Positions 12,812 to 25,740 of a stretch of DNA of 64,000 nucleotides are shown piece by piece (position 1 is the stretch's first letter; the number at the start of each line of letters is the position of its first letter). Under the pieces are notes generated by a model that was not told the origin of the DNA, did no database searches, and was given only the letters and a program-made list of their open reading frames with translations. The position numbers and the translations under genes were made by a program. The DNA comes from Azolla caroliniana (lineage: Eukaryota > Plantae > Polypodiophyta): NCBI GenBank assembly GCA_043228905.1, contig JBHGNT010000016.1, positions 3,162,001-3,226,000 of the forward strand, given 5' to 3'.

Positions 12812-14482
12812 ATTATGATTATTGATAAATATCTTGCTTGTGCTTTGGCTTTAAAACATAAACATGATATTTATTTTACGTATTTCATTATCTTTGTGAG
12901 GTAGTTATGTTCATTTGTGTACTTTCTATAGCAATAAAATATATAACAATGTAACATTACATAGAGCTTTTCATGTCTAAAATCTGTATGTCAAATGACA
13001 TGTTAAGTTTTTGCAATCTTCTGTCATATGACATACATCTTTAAAAAATGCCCGTCAAAAAACTTTAAGACTAACCCGTCAATTTTAGGCCCTGGTTGTA
13101 TCAATTGGTAATAAGGATGTTTCTCATGACTTACAAATAAATAACACATGAAGAAGCATATGCAATATGTTTTGTTTTTTTTTTCCCAAAAAAATTCTAC
13201 TTCCATTAGTTAAAAATTGTTTTTTTTTTTCAAAAAAAATCTACTTCCATTAGTTAAGAAAATGTACATAGGATAGTATATAACTCATATGTTACAAGCC
13301 ACTTTGCAATGGCTACAACAAAGCATCATGCAATATGTTACCCACGATTTTATTCTTTGATGAATCCTAAGTCCTCCACAAAATGAGTTACATTAATATT
13401 TCATTTACATTAAAAAAGTTTTTTTTTAAAATATTATTTGCAATTTAAGTAATTAAAATAATTTGTGTCAATATTGATTCAATATAGAGTGCAACTTTCG
13501 TTAATGTGCAACATGGTTTGTAGAGATTGTTGCATGTAGTATAGTGAATTTCAAGAGGCGTATCCAAAGATGACTAGTATTGGAGAACATGTTAAGTCAA
13601 ACGATTGTGATATTTCATTTGGCATTTGTTAATATACATATTCTATTGATGCATTTCGTACCGGAATCATTCATGAGAAAGGTACTCAATGAGAACGGAT
13701 TCATAACTTTTCTTGATACTTAAAGCATTTCACACCAAAATTGTCCACATTTAGGTCAAATGTGTAAAGTTGATGACAAAGGGAATATGAATGAAAAATA
13801 TAACATGCATATGCTCATGTGGTCCATTTATGTCAAAGCTCATATAAGGAATTTGATTACTGTATTATATATGATCGATATAAGAATGCCTTTGATATAT
13901 TTGAAGCTTTTGTCCGAATGCAATTGTAAGAAAGATTTGGACAAATTAGAAGATACAAACAAAAGAGAGCTGCCATAAGTATTATGCAATCATTTTGGGA
14001 AGGATTCATGCGCATTGACATATCAAAAAGGTGAATGTGAATATGAAACAAGACCTTTTATTATGAGGTGGAGAAAGTCTTCGAGGTAAAAACATGCAAC
14101 AGCCTTGGAAAGGTTGTAATAATCATGATAAATGGAAGTCCCTTATTCATGGAAATTGAAACTTTAGAGGATGGCTTTTCTTTACTATCATCATTTGAAT
14201 GTAAGGTAAGGGGTTCTAAGGTCAATAAGACAAATGTTGTAAAAGAGGGTTTTTTGAGTTTATTTACATTATTTGAGGCCATCAATACACAATACTAGAC
14301 CAATGATTGAAGAGGGACAAATTATTTGTAAGTTTGGAAGCATATAAAGAATAGAAATTTTGGTTTAGAGACAAACCATTGTAATGTTGATAAGTGGTTA
14401 TATGTCAAGATGTGTAGAAACATAATATTTTTACTATAAAAATGTAAGTTTATATATTGAATATATATATATATATATATAT

Positions 14483-14612
14483 TCCAAAACAAACTCCTTC
14501 CATTAGTTATAAAATTTTACAGATGAGATTAGTATATACAAATCCCTGTAGGGACACGATAGGTCCATCTTATGTGGATGCCCACCAACTCAATAATAAA
14601 AGGGGAGGACGA
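14483..14612 (-). mobile_element. Short LINE 3'-end copy, same family as 16200-16742, inverted
   Basis: The reverse complement matches 16610-16735 (gtgggcatccacataagatgga.ctatcgtgtccctacagggatttgta...aaaattttataactaatggaag). It abuts a (TA)n tract. Confidence 0.8.
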
Positions 14613-16199
14613 AAATAACTTTCTATAATATTATGTTGGCATTTTTCTAGAGTAAAATTATGCCAATGGACAACGGGGATAGAATTTTGTCATTCCGAAA
14701 AGATTGATGTGTTTTGAAATCGCACATTTTATAAACTTGTAGGTCAAATCCTAACCATGGGACTCATGCATCAACATATATGGGTAGTGGAGGAGAAATA
14801 ATAGCTCTTACGAATACGCCAATCTTAGTTTAATGCTCACATTCATACAAAGTTTAAGCTCATATCCCAATTTAAGAAGCTCGTCCACCACTTGCTTGCC
14901 AAAAGAACTACCCCATGCATACACATCATCACCCACCTTGGTTCAGGATATTAAGTGTCATTAAGCAAGCGATTATCATAATGTTGGGATCACAGAAATC
15001 CACATTCTTACCACCCATTTTAGTTTCCCATTTTTTTAGTTCATTTCCCTAAATTCGTAATGCCTATTGCTAATTACTTAATTTCTTAATGTAAAGTTTT
15101 GCAGCTTCATCCTTGAATTCTCTTGGTCTCACAAGATCCTCACTTGGGTTCTTGGTTGATCTAAGTTTGTGTGTCTTTCCCAAGTTTCTTTATCCATAGC
15201 ATAATCCTTGCTTTGTATTTAGTCATTTGCCATTCGTATTAGTATTAACCTTTCCTTCCTAATCCATGACATCCATGACTAGACTACTAGACATTTTGAT
15301 CTTACACATCCATGCTCTTGTGAATTTTGGTTCATCCTTTCTTATACTCAACAGAGAAAGGGTTTACAACACTAAAAGATTGTCTAGTAGTGCTCACAAC
15401 TTTTTCTATGACTATCCCTTGACAACTTCTTTTCATACCATGATGCATTATGTCTTTACGGCATTGTCTTATACTTTTTTAATCCGTTTATGTAGAAACA
15501 TCCTTTTTATCAATAACTTATACAACATATATACTGATTCTTTTCACATAGGGATCATTCCCTTCATGAATATGCTCTTTAGTGCTAGGCTACATGATGT
15601 TAGGATGAAACTAATACGTCTTCAACCTCTTGTAGTATCTTTGTTTTGGTGAAATTTGGTACCACAATGAAGTATAGTCACCATTATACAGGTAATGTCA
15701 ATATCCTTCCACTATTGTAGAGGAACATTTTGAATTGTAAATATGCAAGATCAACACTCCACCAAGGAAAGAATTTCTACTTGCTCCAATAAAGAAAATT
15801 GTCACATTAGTATTTTTTGCCTACAATCAAATATAAAAGCATGACATATATCCCAAATATGATGCAATCCCCAATATCTCAGAAATAGGAAAATGACCTC
15901 CATCTTCGATTTTGGGTCAACTTTTGTGTATTGTGCAAACACCCATTATCTTGGAGTCAAATAACAACATGACAGAACTTGCCAAATTTGAGAAACATAA
16001 TTCCAAATTTCACAAGCAATCAGACATTGTATGGAATGATGAGTACTATCTTCCACTTGAATAGTGTGAAAGGAGCAATTGCTCATTGCTAGTTCATGTC
16101 ACTTTAGAGGTAATCCCAAAGCCAAACCCCCAATCAAAACTCTCAAATGAAGACTTTTGCTACAAGTGGGACTACCCAAATCCCATCGAATATGGCGGG

Positions 16200-16742
16200 G
16201 GGTTAGCCGCTTGTTGCAACTATGCTAGGTGCAAGGCTCAATCAAGTGGGGAAATATATGTTGGCTATCATGGCAGACCGCAGTTGGCAAATACGAGCAT
16301 CAAGAGGAGGGGATGACTTTGGTGATAAAAGCACAAGAGGTATTTTTCTACTCCAGCGGCAATGTCCACTCCACTCCTCTTAATGACAAATCTCAAGAGG
16401 TGTTGGAATTGGTCAGCCTAATAACTCTTTGGATTCTATGGAAACAACGATGTAGGCGAGTCTTCTCCAACCAAACCGCACATCCAACAAGGTTACTGCA
16501 AGAGATATGGAGTGAAATTGTAGCCACTCTAAAGAGCCAATATGATGGCCTCAAGGGCGGCTCTGATGGAGTTGAAAGACAACGAATAACCTTTATCCAA
16601 CAATGGTCATCCTCTCCCTTTCTTGAGTCAGTGGGCATCCACATAAGATGGAACTATCGTGTCCCTACAGGGATTTGTACATAATCGTCTCATTTGTAAA
16701 ATTTTATAACTAATGGAAGAAGTTTTTTTTGGAAAAAAAAAA
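16200..16742 (+). mobile_element. 5'-truncated L1-type LINE, 3' end of ORF2
   Basis: The ORF contains LITLWILWKQRCRRVFSNQ, the WxIWxxRNxxxF-type motif that follows zf-RVT, and ends near a poly(A) run at about 16733-16742. Confidence 0.75.
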
Positions 16743-17399
16743 GTGGCAATTTAGAATGCTAACCACATTTTAAGATTCGCCACCATTCATGATCAAAGTT
16801 ATGTACTTTCCAATCTTATTCAATCTTAGATGAAGCTATAGAAGAAACAGAACAAGGCAATGATACAAGAATTTAGTGGTCACTTGTAAAAATGGTGTTT
16901 GACCCCACAAATGTCAATCAACCAACAATTTCTCTTTTATTTATAGAGGTAAAGGACCTTGCACCAATGTTATATTGTATAGTTGTTGCAAGATAAACCA
17001 ATAATTGTGTGAGATACCTATTATTCTCACGCCTCAACAAACACCAAATTCTTTGAGATTGAACCTCAACTATATCTCCTACCTCTTTGACCCCCGAACA
17101 AAACAATTGATTAAACTAAGAGTGCAATCTCTCCTTTCCAAGCCAACATACTAACGGAAAAGACACAAGTAACTCTTTTTGCAAAGAATTGCAATGCTCA
17201 CTACTAGATAACAATTTCCATACAAACAATGAGAGTGCTACATGCCATGAGACAACAAAATGTTGAACACATGAAGAACGAAGAATCTAAAGTGGAATAC
17301 ATCTATTTAGTAATTACCACCATGTTGTAATTGTTGTTTTCCCATATTTTATACCCTCATTCTCAATGAAATATTGGGCAATAGATATCCGTGGTTGTG

Positions 17400-18450
17400 A
17401 ATCTAAACACATATCTTGCAATAATGAAATTCAAATAGCCATCATATGCAAAAATAAGTCCAATATTATGGCTCCCCCAAGCGCTTAGGGGTTGTTGGAT
17501 GGTTCCTTGCAACCCATGTGATTCCCATCTTATCCCTCTTTCTCCCCAACAAGCATCGAAGAGGTTGCAAAATGGAATGCAAAGTCTCCTTTATCCATGG
17601 CAACAATGGCTAGTAATATAATATCATGGGTTCAATAATACATTGTACAACCTTTAGGCGCATGTGAAATGACCAAGATTGTGATTTCCAATACATGAAC
17701 TTATCCCTTAACTTGCTAGACATTGATTCAATCAATTGGTCATTTGTAACATTCATTCCCTATGGATACCCGAAGTGTCGAAACATAAAGTCTTTTTTAA
17801 ATGCGGATCCCTGCCATCCTAGACATTCCAAATCCCTCTCAGTACATTAGATGAGGCTAGTCTTCATCTAATTAATATGTAACATTATGGTACCATACAA
17901 TCATCCCTTTATACGAGTCTGTGCTACTTGTTGCGCCTAGATAGGTGTAGGCCCACAATGTCACCATAAGTTGCAAGCCTTAACAACATATGAGTAACAA
18001 TAGCAAACAACAATGGGCTAAGTGGGCATCCTTGAGAATGGATTTTGTAAGGTAAATATATGATGTTATTCCCCCATTAAGCATTATTTGAGATACGTGT
18101 TCCAAAGTATGCATTAACTCGGAAACAAGGACTAATTAACACTATCATATGCTTTCTCCACATCTAATTTCATCATAATCAATTCTTGATGGGTGTGTCG
18201 TGCATAATCCATGGTCATTTGAACATTAAACACATTACACAATATATTCCAACCTACAATGAAACCGGATTGGGGTTGGGTGTATGAACTTTGGCAAATA
18301 CTTTTCTAATTTATTTGCGAAGTCCTTTGGTTTTTTTCTCTTTCTTGCTTATCTTTATTTAGAGTGTCCCATCAATTGTCTTATCATAATGATGTAATGG
18401 TGAGAAATCCATTCCCTTATTCATTCGGGTGTTCCCTTCACTTGAGTTTG
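17400..18450 (-). mobile_element. Highly decayed Ty3/Gypsy integrase-like remnant
   Basis: Minus-strand fragments resemble the integrase core (TLWAYT..., compare LWAYRTT). Many stops; boundaries approximate. Confidence 0.35.
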
Positions 18451-19963
18451 AAAATACTCGGTGGCACAATGCTAATTGATCCTTCTTAATGGCTTCATCT
18501 CTTGAGTTCATCCACTAATTACTATCTGTCACTGTCCTTGATTTAACACTTCCTTGTTTGGTCAAGGTGACATCAAGAAAATTAGTCCATTGCTATTACT
18601 ATAGGCAATAGTATATATGTATATATATATATATATATTTTTTTTTTCTTTCAAAGATTTTCCTTAGTAGTATTAAGAAAAAGCATGTAAATGCTACAAC
18701 TTCAGCTTGTGTGCCCAAAAGCTTACAATTTTTCATGTACAATGATATACTATAATCCTAAGACCAAAGATAGGACTTTGTAAATGGTGTTGAAATTTGT
18801 TGCTACACTTTGGCGTGGTTCATTGTTGTTGAAATATATATGTATATATTTCAAGCTCTAACATTGGTTAGGGTCCTCCTAAATTTGGTAGTTTCATTGG
18901 TTCCTTACTAATCCAAAGGGATTGGGTTTTCAATCACCATGAGCATCAATGGGTGTTGACTTCCTCACACCTTTGATGTTGATGTGATGTTATTCATTGT
19001 AGATGCCAATTTAAAATTGGCCTACTATGAGTAGGGGTCATATGAGTACATATGATGACACTTTCATGTAGGTCTACAAGCTCCACACAACTTTGTGTTA
19101 ATGATATTTCCATATGGTCATATAGATGCGTCAAAAATATTAGGAGAGTTTACAAGGCATCTAATGTGGCAAAAACAATGAAATATAATGGCAAAGCTGG
19201 GCATTCCCCCAAAGTCATGCGGCCCATGGCCCACTAGATGACCTCCTTTGTATTGCGTAGTAGACAAACTTGGGACGAACGTTATTAAAGCATGTGGAGG
19301 TGACAAACACTATTAAAGCATGTGGAGTTTAAAGCTTTTGCCAATAGATGGGACCTTAGAAGCTATGCTTTCATAACTTTGCACAATGAATGAAGTTGCT
19401 TGCTTCCAAATAGTTTAATACCTGTTGTAACTTTACACTTGCATCACTTTTCGAAGGAGTTCTTGAAGGAATGTTACAAGAATCGGCTTAGCTTGGTGAG
19501 TTTCACTAGTAAAAGAACATGTTGGGATCTTTGTCACTCCCTCACTTCAAATTTCAAACACAAAACATTACCATTGCTCAATTTGTTGAGAAATCTTTAA
19601 CACGCTAGAAACATCGAGCTTGTGGAATCCTAGGTTCTTGTCCATTCAATCACATGGCGAATGTGAATACAACCCCTCATGTGTTTCTGATAAAAATAAC
19701 ATGTTGAAAATCGCTGAACCTCCAATGTCGACATGATGTCGATGCATAAGGTAGAGGTGAATGTGCGGTGCAAATGCGGAGCCCTTTCCTGACCTCAAGG
19801 AAGAGTGGTCAAAGGCTACTATGTATTATGATGAAAAGGTGCTGACTAGAAAAGGAAGTCATTGTTCTCCATCTCCTTGGCCAAGAGTCTATATGTTTTC
19901 CCCTTCTCCTCAGTAGTTTCTGACTTCATCCACTTGGGGATCTCTAGCCACCTCCTTGTCACT

Positions 19964-22081
19964 ATGGCTTCTTCTTCTTCTTCTTGGGTCATCATTATTT
20001 CATGCGCAATCATGACCCTACTTATCGATTCATCAACATCATCTTCTTCTTCGTCGGATCAAGGTAACCTCGACTTCCAATTCAAAACCTTCAATGAGAA
20101 CAATGCCTCCGACTTTGCCTTCACCGAAAACTCGACCACGCACATGCGGGCCTTGCAGGTGACATTCGATATTGGGGCGGACAGTACTGCCATTGTGGAC
20201 GCGTCGGGGCAAATCACGTATATAACTCCCCTCCATCTCTGGGATCCGGAGTACAACTACACGGCATCATTCAATACCTCCTTCTTGCTCAACATAGGTC
20301 CGACTGAAGACGGGAGCGGCACCAACACCACGGGTGGAGGAATGGCCTTCATGTTGAGCTCACGCCCTGCTACTGATGTGCCCAATAGCTACGGGCAATG
20401 GCTCGGCCTGGTTGATGGCCGGGATGCAACGCTCCCTAGCAAGGACTACAGTTTCGTTGCGATCGAATTCGATACCTTCCAAGATGCCTTCGATCCCGGC
20501 AATGCAAACCATGTTGGCATCGATGTTAACTCCACGGTATCGCTGAATTCATCGCGCCTCGATGATTACAATGTTACTTTGAATGCGAACACCACCGATG
20601 GGGACAATACCAACACTGGAGTTTGGATAGATTACGATGGGCGGGCCAAGACCTTCGACATCTTCCTCGCCAACCAGGGTTCGGGCGACATGGCCGAGAA
20701 ACCCAAGGTGCCCATCATTTCTCAATTTCGGTTAGAACTCGACCGGATCCTTCCGGAGAATGTCTACTTCGGCTTCTCTGCATCCACAGGTACCATCAAA
20801 GAGACCCACAGTGTCCTACAATGGAAATTCAACTCCACTGGCTTCCCCAAGAAAAACAAGCCTTCCAAGAGAACCCTAATCATAGGCCTCCCTGTGGGCT
20901 TATCCATAGCTCTCCTTCTCATAGCTTCCATGGTGACCTTGTACATGATTAGAAGGAGGAGATCGAGGCCGGATCTACTCGAAGATTTGGGCAATCTGAG
21001 CTATGGTCCCAAGAGATTCTCTTACAAGGAGCTGAAGAAGGCCACAAAGGGGTTCAGTGAAGAGAGCAAGCTGGGGCAAGGAGGGTTCGGGGCGGTGTAC
21101 AGGGGAAAGCTTGGGTCCATGGAGAAGGAGATAGCAGTGAAATGCCTGTCGCGGACATCGGAGCAAGGCGAGAGGGAGTTCAAAGCAGAGATACGAAGCA
21201 TCGGGAGGATGAGGCACAGGAACCTGGTCCAGCTCCTTGGGTGGAGCTATGACAACTGGAAAGGAAAGCTCATGCTGGTCTATGAGTACATGCCCAATGG
21301 AAGCTTGGACAGATGGCTGTCTGCTGGAAGCTCCACAGATCCACATCCTTTCAGTTGGGAGAGAAGATACAACGTGTTGAGAGGGGTCGCAGCAGGCCTT
21401 CTCTACCTCCACGAAGAATGGGAGATGGTGGTCATACACAGAGATCTGAAGCCTAGCAACGTGATGCTGGATGAAGATTTCAACGCCAAGTTAGGGGATT
21501 TCGGCCTCGCAAAACTCGTGAAAAACGCAAATGAAGAAGACCACGCCACTCAGACATTCTTCATCGCTGGGACCATCGGCTACATGGCACCGGAGTGTCT
21601 AGAGGCAGGAGCCGTGTCCAAGGAATCCGATGTGTACAGCTTCGGCGCCGTGGCCATGGAGGTCGTGACAGGGAAGAAGCTCTCTGCACAGAATTTGCAC
21701 AGGCTGCGGAAGATCAAGGAAGAAGGCGGTGATTTCCTGAGTAGCGAGGCCGGGGAGGACAACACTATATGTTACAGTTTCAATGGAAGCTCGGAGAAGA
21801 AACAGATGGAGATGGTGCTAGAGATGTGCCTGTCTTGCTGCCATCCTGATCCTTCCTGTAGACCTACAGTGCGTCAGATCGTCCATGCCCTGTGTGCCTC
21901 TGATGGTGAAGATGATGATAAGAAGAATCCTTCCATCTCCATATCCATGACCCCTGACAATGTTCATATTTACGAAACTCTGTTTCCATCTCCCCTGACG
22001 AACGATTTATCAGCAAACGCCACTTCTTCTTCTTCGTTCATCCACGCGTCCATGTCTACTCCACCCCTGACAGGGCGATGA
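19964..22081 (+). CDS. L-type (legume) lectin receptor-like kinase, intronless, 705 aa
   Basis: Signal peptide; legume lectin motifs ASFNTSF, GMAF, VAIEFDT, NHVGIDVNS, VWIDYDG, YFGFSASTG; TM segment LIIGLPVGLSIALLLIASMVTLYMI followed by RRRR; GPKRFSYKEL; kinase motifs GQGGFG, AVK, HRDLKPSN, DFGLA, GTIGYMAPE, DVYSFG. First ATG is 19964; the ORF track starts at an upstream TTG. Confidence 0.96.
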   Translation: MASSSSSWVIIISCAIMTLLIDSSTSSSSSSDQGNLDFQFKTFNENNASDFAFTENSTTHMRALQVTFDIGADSTAIVDASGQITYITPLHLWDPEYNYTASFNTSFLLNIGPTEDGSGTNTTGGGMAFMLSSRPATDVPNSYGQWLGLVDGRDATLPSKDYSFVAIEFDTFQDAFDPGNANHVGIDVNSTVSLNSSRLDDYNVTLNANTTDGDNTNTGVWIDYDGRAKTFDIFLANQGSGDMAEKPKVPIISQFRLELDRILPENVYFGFSASTGTIKETHSVLQWKFNSTGFPKKNKPSKRTLIIGLPVGLSIALLLIASMVTLYMIRRRRSRPDLLEDLGNLSYGPKRFSYKELKKATKGFSEESKLGQGGFGAVYRGKLGSMEKEIAVKCLSRTSEQGEREFKAEIRSIGRMRHRNLVQLLGWSYDNWKGKLMLVYEYMPNGSLDRWLSAGSSTDPHPFSWERRYNVLRGVAAGLLYLHEEWEMVVIHRDLKPSNVMLDEDFNAKLGDFGLAKLVKNANEEDHATQTFFIAGTIGYMAPECLEAGAVSKESDVYSFGAVAMEVVTGKKLSAQNLHRLRKIKEEGGDFLSSEAGEDNTICYSFNGSSEKKQMEMVLEMCLSCCHPDPSCRPTVRQIVHALCASDGEDDDKKNPSISISMTPDNVHIYETLFPSPLTNDLSANATSSSSFIHASMSTPPLTGR

Positions 22082-22136
22082 GCGACAGAAAAGAGCATCT
22101 CCATCTCCATCTCCATCTCCATCTTGTGAACAGCTT

Positions 22137-22365
22137 ACCTGAATCCTGCATGGAGGGGTATTCTTGTAATTTCCAAAATGTACACATACACACAAGGGTA
22201 TTTCTTGTAATTCCTGAAGGCTACTTATTTTTTATATAATACATACATTAGAACCACACACACACACATACATATACACACCGCCTCCTGAATCTTGAAG
22301 GGTGGGAATATTCTTGTAATTCAACCACTTGAATCTTGAAGGGAAGGGTATTCTCGTAATTTCTA
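22137..22365. repeat. Short repeats in the LecRK 3' region
   Basis: The motif (c)ctgaatcttgaagggnnggtattcttgtaatt recurs about four times, partly interspersed with (CA)n. Confidence 0.6.
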
Positions 22366-23722
22366 AAAAACCACACACTGGTAAATAAATAAATGTTTGT
22401 TATTAAAATAAGATGATAATACAACCCCTGCTATCTTCACTACTTCATAAATAGTGGTAGTGCAAGGGATACACTCTCAAGTGTTGCAAAACAAGAACCC
22501 ATTTCTCATTGTCCAATTAAACCATATCCCCCAATACCTAAGGTAGTCAAACACAACCTTATTAGATGGTGCGGGCATTGCTTTATCCTATCAATGAAAA
22601 CCACACACACTCTCTCTCTCACCTTCACACACACACACACACACATTCATTCATTCATTCTCGTCATCGTGCCCACCAACATACTTGACCCTGAGACATT
22701 CCTTTTCTGGAAACTCCCCCCCCCCCCCCCCCCCCCCATCATCCGGTTCTCTTCTCGCGTCCAGCCCTCCTTGATGCCTATATTTCACACCAGACCCACA
22801 CAACTATGGATGGGTGGTTTGTTGTTTCTTTCATCCGGTCTCCTGCCCATCATCAACCCTACAATTCCCACCTCCCATGGTGCCCATTCATTTATTTTAC
22901 ACCCTATGCATACCCTCATTAACTTGACAATTACCATGCATCATTCATTTCATATATTACCAATACTCATTCAGATATACATGTCCATATGTACGTATAT
23001 TATTCTCATGTCCATATGTCCATTTGTATGGTTGCTCGATGTAAATACATACACTTCCCTACCTACCACCATACAATACCGGCTCTTCTTCTTGATGACA
23101 TATCCCTGGCTCTTAACTTTGCAGGTAGATACTACTTGCTATACATGTATATGTTCGTTTACCACCATGTCAATTTGCACCTCTTTGGCTTGCAATGAAT
23201 TGTTGTTGCTTGGTGATAATAAATTATTTGCCATTGGTTAAAGACACCAATTCCAAGCTACATGGTTTTCTTTTTATCTTCTTGTTCATGTGTACTTACT
23301 GCATTTGTTGGTTTTCTATATGGTTTTAGCTTTAGAAGGGTATCAACAATGAATCACAACTCTATCAAAGTTAATAACACATTGGCCGGTTCCAGTGTGG
23401 ATTGTTCATTTTTCTCATGGTAGCAACCGTCCTTGCTATTCATTGCCTTCACATTCCTACAATTAATGAATGTTGTTGTGGAAATATGCGTGTGCATGTG
23501 AATGTTGAGTAGGATATTCGGGGACCTAAACAAAAAATATTGTGGATTTTTCCTTCTAGATTAGTGTGATCACATTATGTGAGGGGCACCCGTCTTGTGT
23601 AAGACACTGGTTGAGGAAACAAGCCCTCGCAGGTAATAGTTATGAACCTTTCAATACTTCTTTATCCAAAAAACCCCCAATGCTACTAGAAACTGTCAAG
23701 GTAGATAACAATGTATTCCATG

Positions 23723-24760
23723 ATTGTATATCACAGATTTGAAGGCAATCCAATACATTATACTGTCAACTCAAGAAATATGCTTCCTCTCGCTTGTTAC
23801 TTCCATGCTTGTATATCACAAATTTGAAGACGATCCAATACATTATACCATCAACTCAACAAATATGCTTCCTCTCGCCGGTTACCACCAACTTCCTGCA
23901 CATCACAGATTTGAAGGCGATTTGAAGGCGATCCAATACATTATACTGTCTACTTAACAAATATGCATCCTCTTTCCACATCCACCATCTCGTCGGTTCC
24001 CACCAACTTCCACCATCTCGCCGGTTACCAACAAATTAAGTCAATTTTCTCCTCTCCTCAAGAGCTTATGCTTCCCCCCCCACACACCATCATCACTCAT
24101 GCTTATCAAAAACATTCAAATTGCTTCGTGAAGTCCACATCAACCATCCCGCAGATTACCACCAAATTCCTGCACATAGACAATAAAATGAGTTTAAATT
24201 CCTTATCTTCTCATGAGAATATACTTCGGCCTCCACACCATCATCACTCGTCTTTATCCAAACCATAAAAATTGCTTCATTAAGTCCACATCAACCATCT
24301 AGCCGAATATCACCAACATCCTACACATACAACAATACATTGAGTCTTGTTTCCTCATCTCGTCATGAGAATATGCTTCACCCCCCACACCCTCATCATT
24401 CATCCTTATAAAAAACATACATTATTCTTCATCAAATCCACATCAAACATCTCGCCGATTATCGCCAAAATCCTGTTCATACAAACAATTAATGAGTCTA
24501 GTCTTCTCAAGAGACTATGCTTCAACCCCCACACCACCATCACTCATCCTTATCAAAAAAATGAATTGTGCTTCATAAATCGACATCAACCATCTTACTC
24601 ATGCTAATTTACCACCAAAATCATGTACCTACAAAAACAAAGTGACGCTACTCTCCTCGTCTGCTCATTAAATCTTATTACAACCCTCAACACCTTCATC
24701 ACTCATCCTTATCCAAAATTAGAAGATGCTTCATTTTCCGCATCCAACATCACACCCATG
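23723..24760. repeat. Two adjacent degenerate tandem arrays (about 3 x 85-100 bp and about 5 x 150 bp)
   Basis: atcacagatttgaaggcgatccaatacattatact.. occurs three times; cacaccatcatcactcatccttatc..aagtccacatcaaccatc.. occurs about five times. Confidence 0.7.
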
Positions 24761-24859
24761 TCACTCTACATGATTGCCCCTATCACATCCGGCTCTTTTA
24801 TGTCCTTCTTGTCAAACTGTAAGTTAAAAAGAGTAAGAAGAAAAAACTATATACTTCAC

Positions 24860-25740
24860 AATTATCTTTGAAATAAGAAAGGACTAGGAGGAGGGAATAG
24901 CCAACGTGGTGGAGCATAATTCCAACGATCTTCATGTGATTCATCCAGCCAAATAGGTATTGGCCACCATATTTTACGAAGTTTTGGCCTTTTCTTATCC
25001 ACCTTTTCCGGCGTTCCTTTAATACTATCATACTCTCCCTTAACTCTGTGCACCAAGTTGTCTCAAAACATCTAAATCATATCCACCACATTGTACTCGA
25101 TGCCTTCATATTTCTTGCTGCAACAACACTTCCACCACACCCATAAAGCATTAACTGAAACAATATTCCAAACAAAAGAATTTCTAAAATATTTACCACC
25201 AACATTGTTTGGACGGACTGCTTCAATTGTACTCTCTGACATGCGTAGTGCTTCCACGCATTGCTCCGCCTCATACAAAGATACATGCACATTCAAAGAC
25301 CCCCAAAAAACAGTCCCCCATGTAAAAACTGCTCCCCTATATTTTCAAGAAAACATCCTCAATCTTCTCCCCTAATACTTTCGAGCTACACTACAAGTCC
25401 AAAATAAAGATTTTTAAGTTTCCTCCTATACTTGGCAACACACACAACGACGATCATCGACTTGCCCTTTTAAATGAAAACCTACAGGTAAAGCATTATG
25501 ATAATGAATCATTAACCACTTAAAAGAAATTGCTCTCCGCATACATGGTAAAGCCCATAAACTTTTCCAAAATGCCGGCATATATTGTTGCGACATAGCA
25601 GCTGACTCCCAATACTTTTGTGCAACAGGATTTACGCAATGTTGTTGCATCAAAAAATGCATCACATATTGGAAAAAGGGGAGAATCCTACTCACTTGTT
25701 CATTTGTCGAGGAACAACCAACCAACCGCCAATCTTCCTT
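24860..25740 (-). mobile_element. Decayed L1-type LINE 3' fragment (zf-RVT region)
   Basis: FWKSLWALPCMRRAISFKWLMIH..ALPVG..RCVCC, NALWVWWK and a C-terminal RWNYAPPRWLFPPP occur in several frames. Confidence 0.75.

Larger units (their letters stand above)
9733..13094 (+). mobile_element. Non-autonomous hAT DNA transposon derivative (3.36 kb)
   Basis: TIRs CAGGGCAAAAATTTGACGGGT and ACCCGTCAATTTTAGGCCCTG; perfect 8-bp TSD GTTGTATC (9725-9732 and 13095-13102); subterminal CCCGTCAAA motifs at both ends. Confidence 0.93.

Noticed and set aside
13500-14400. Possible Ulp1-protease or transposon remnant (CGPFMSKL)
   Set aside because: A single short motif among many stops; not enough to support a call.
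19862-19963. 34-aa N-terminal extension of LecRK
   Set aside because: It starts at TTG. ATG 19964 is followed directly by a signal peptide.
22594-23241. 215-aa ORF downstream of LecRK
   Set aside because: Built from (CA)n, poly-C and low-complexity sequence with no domain signal.
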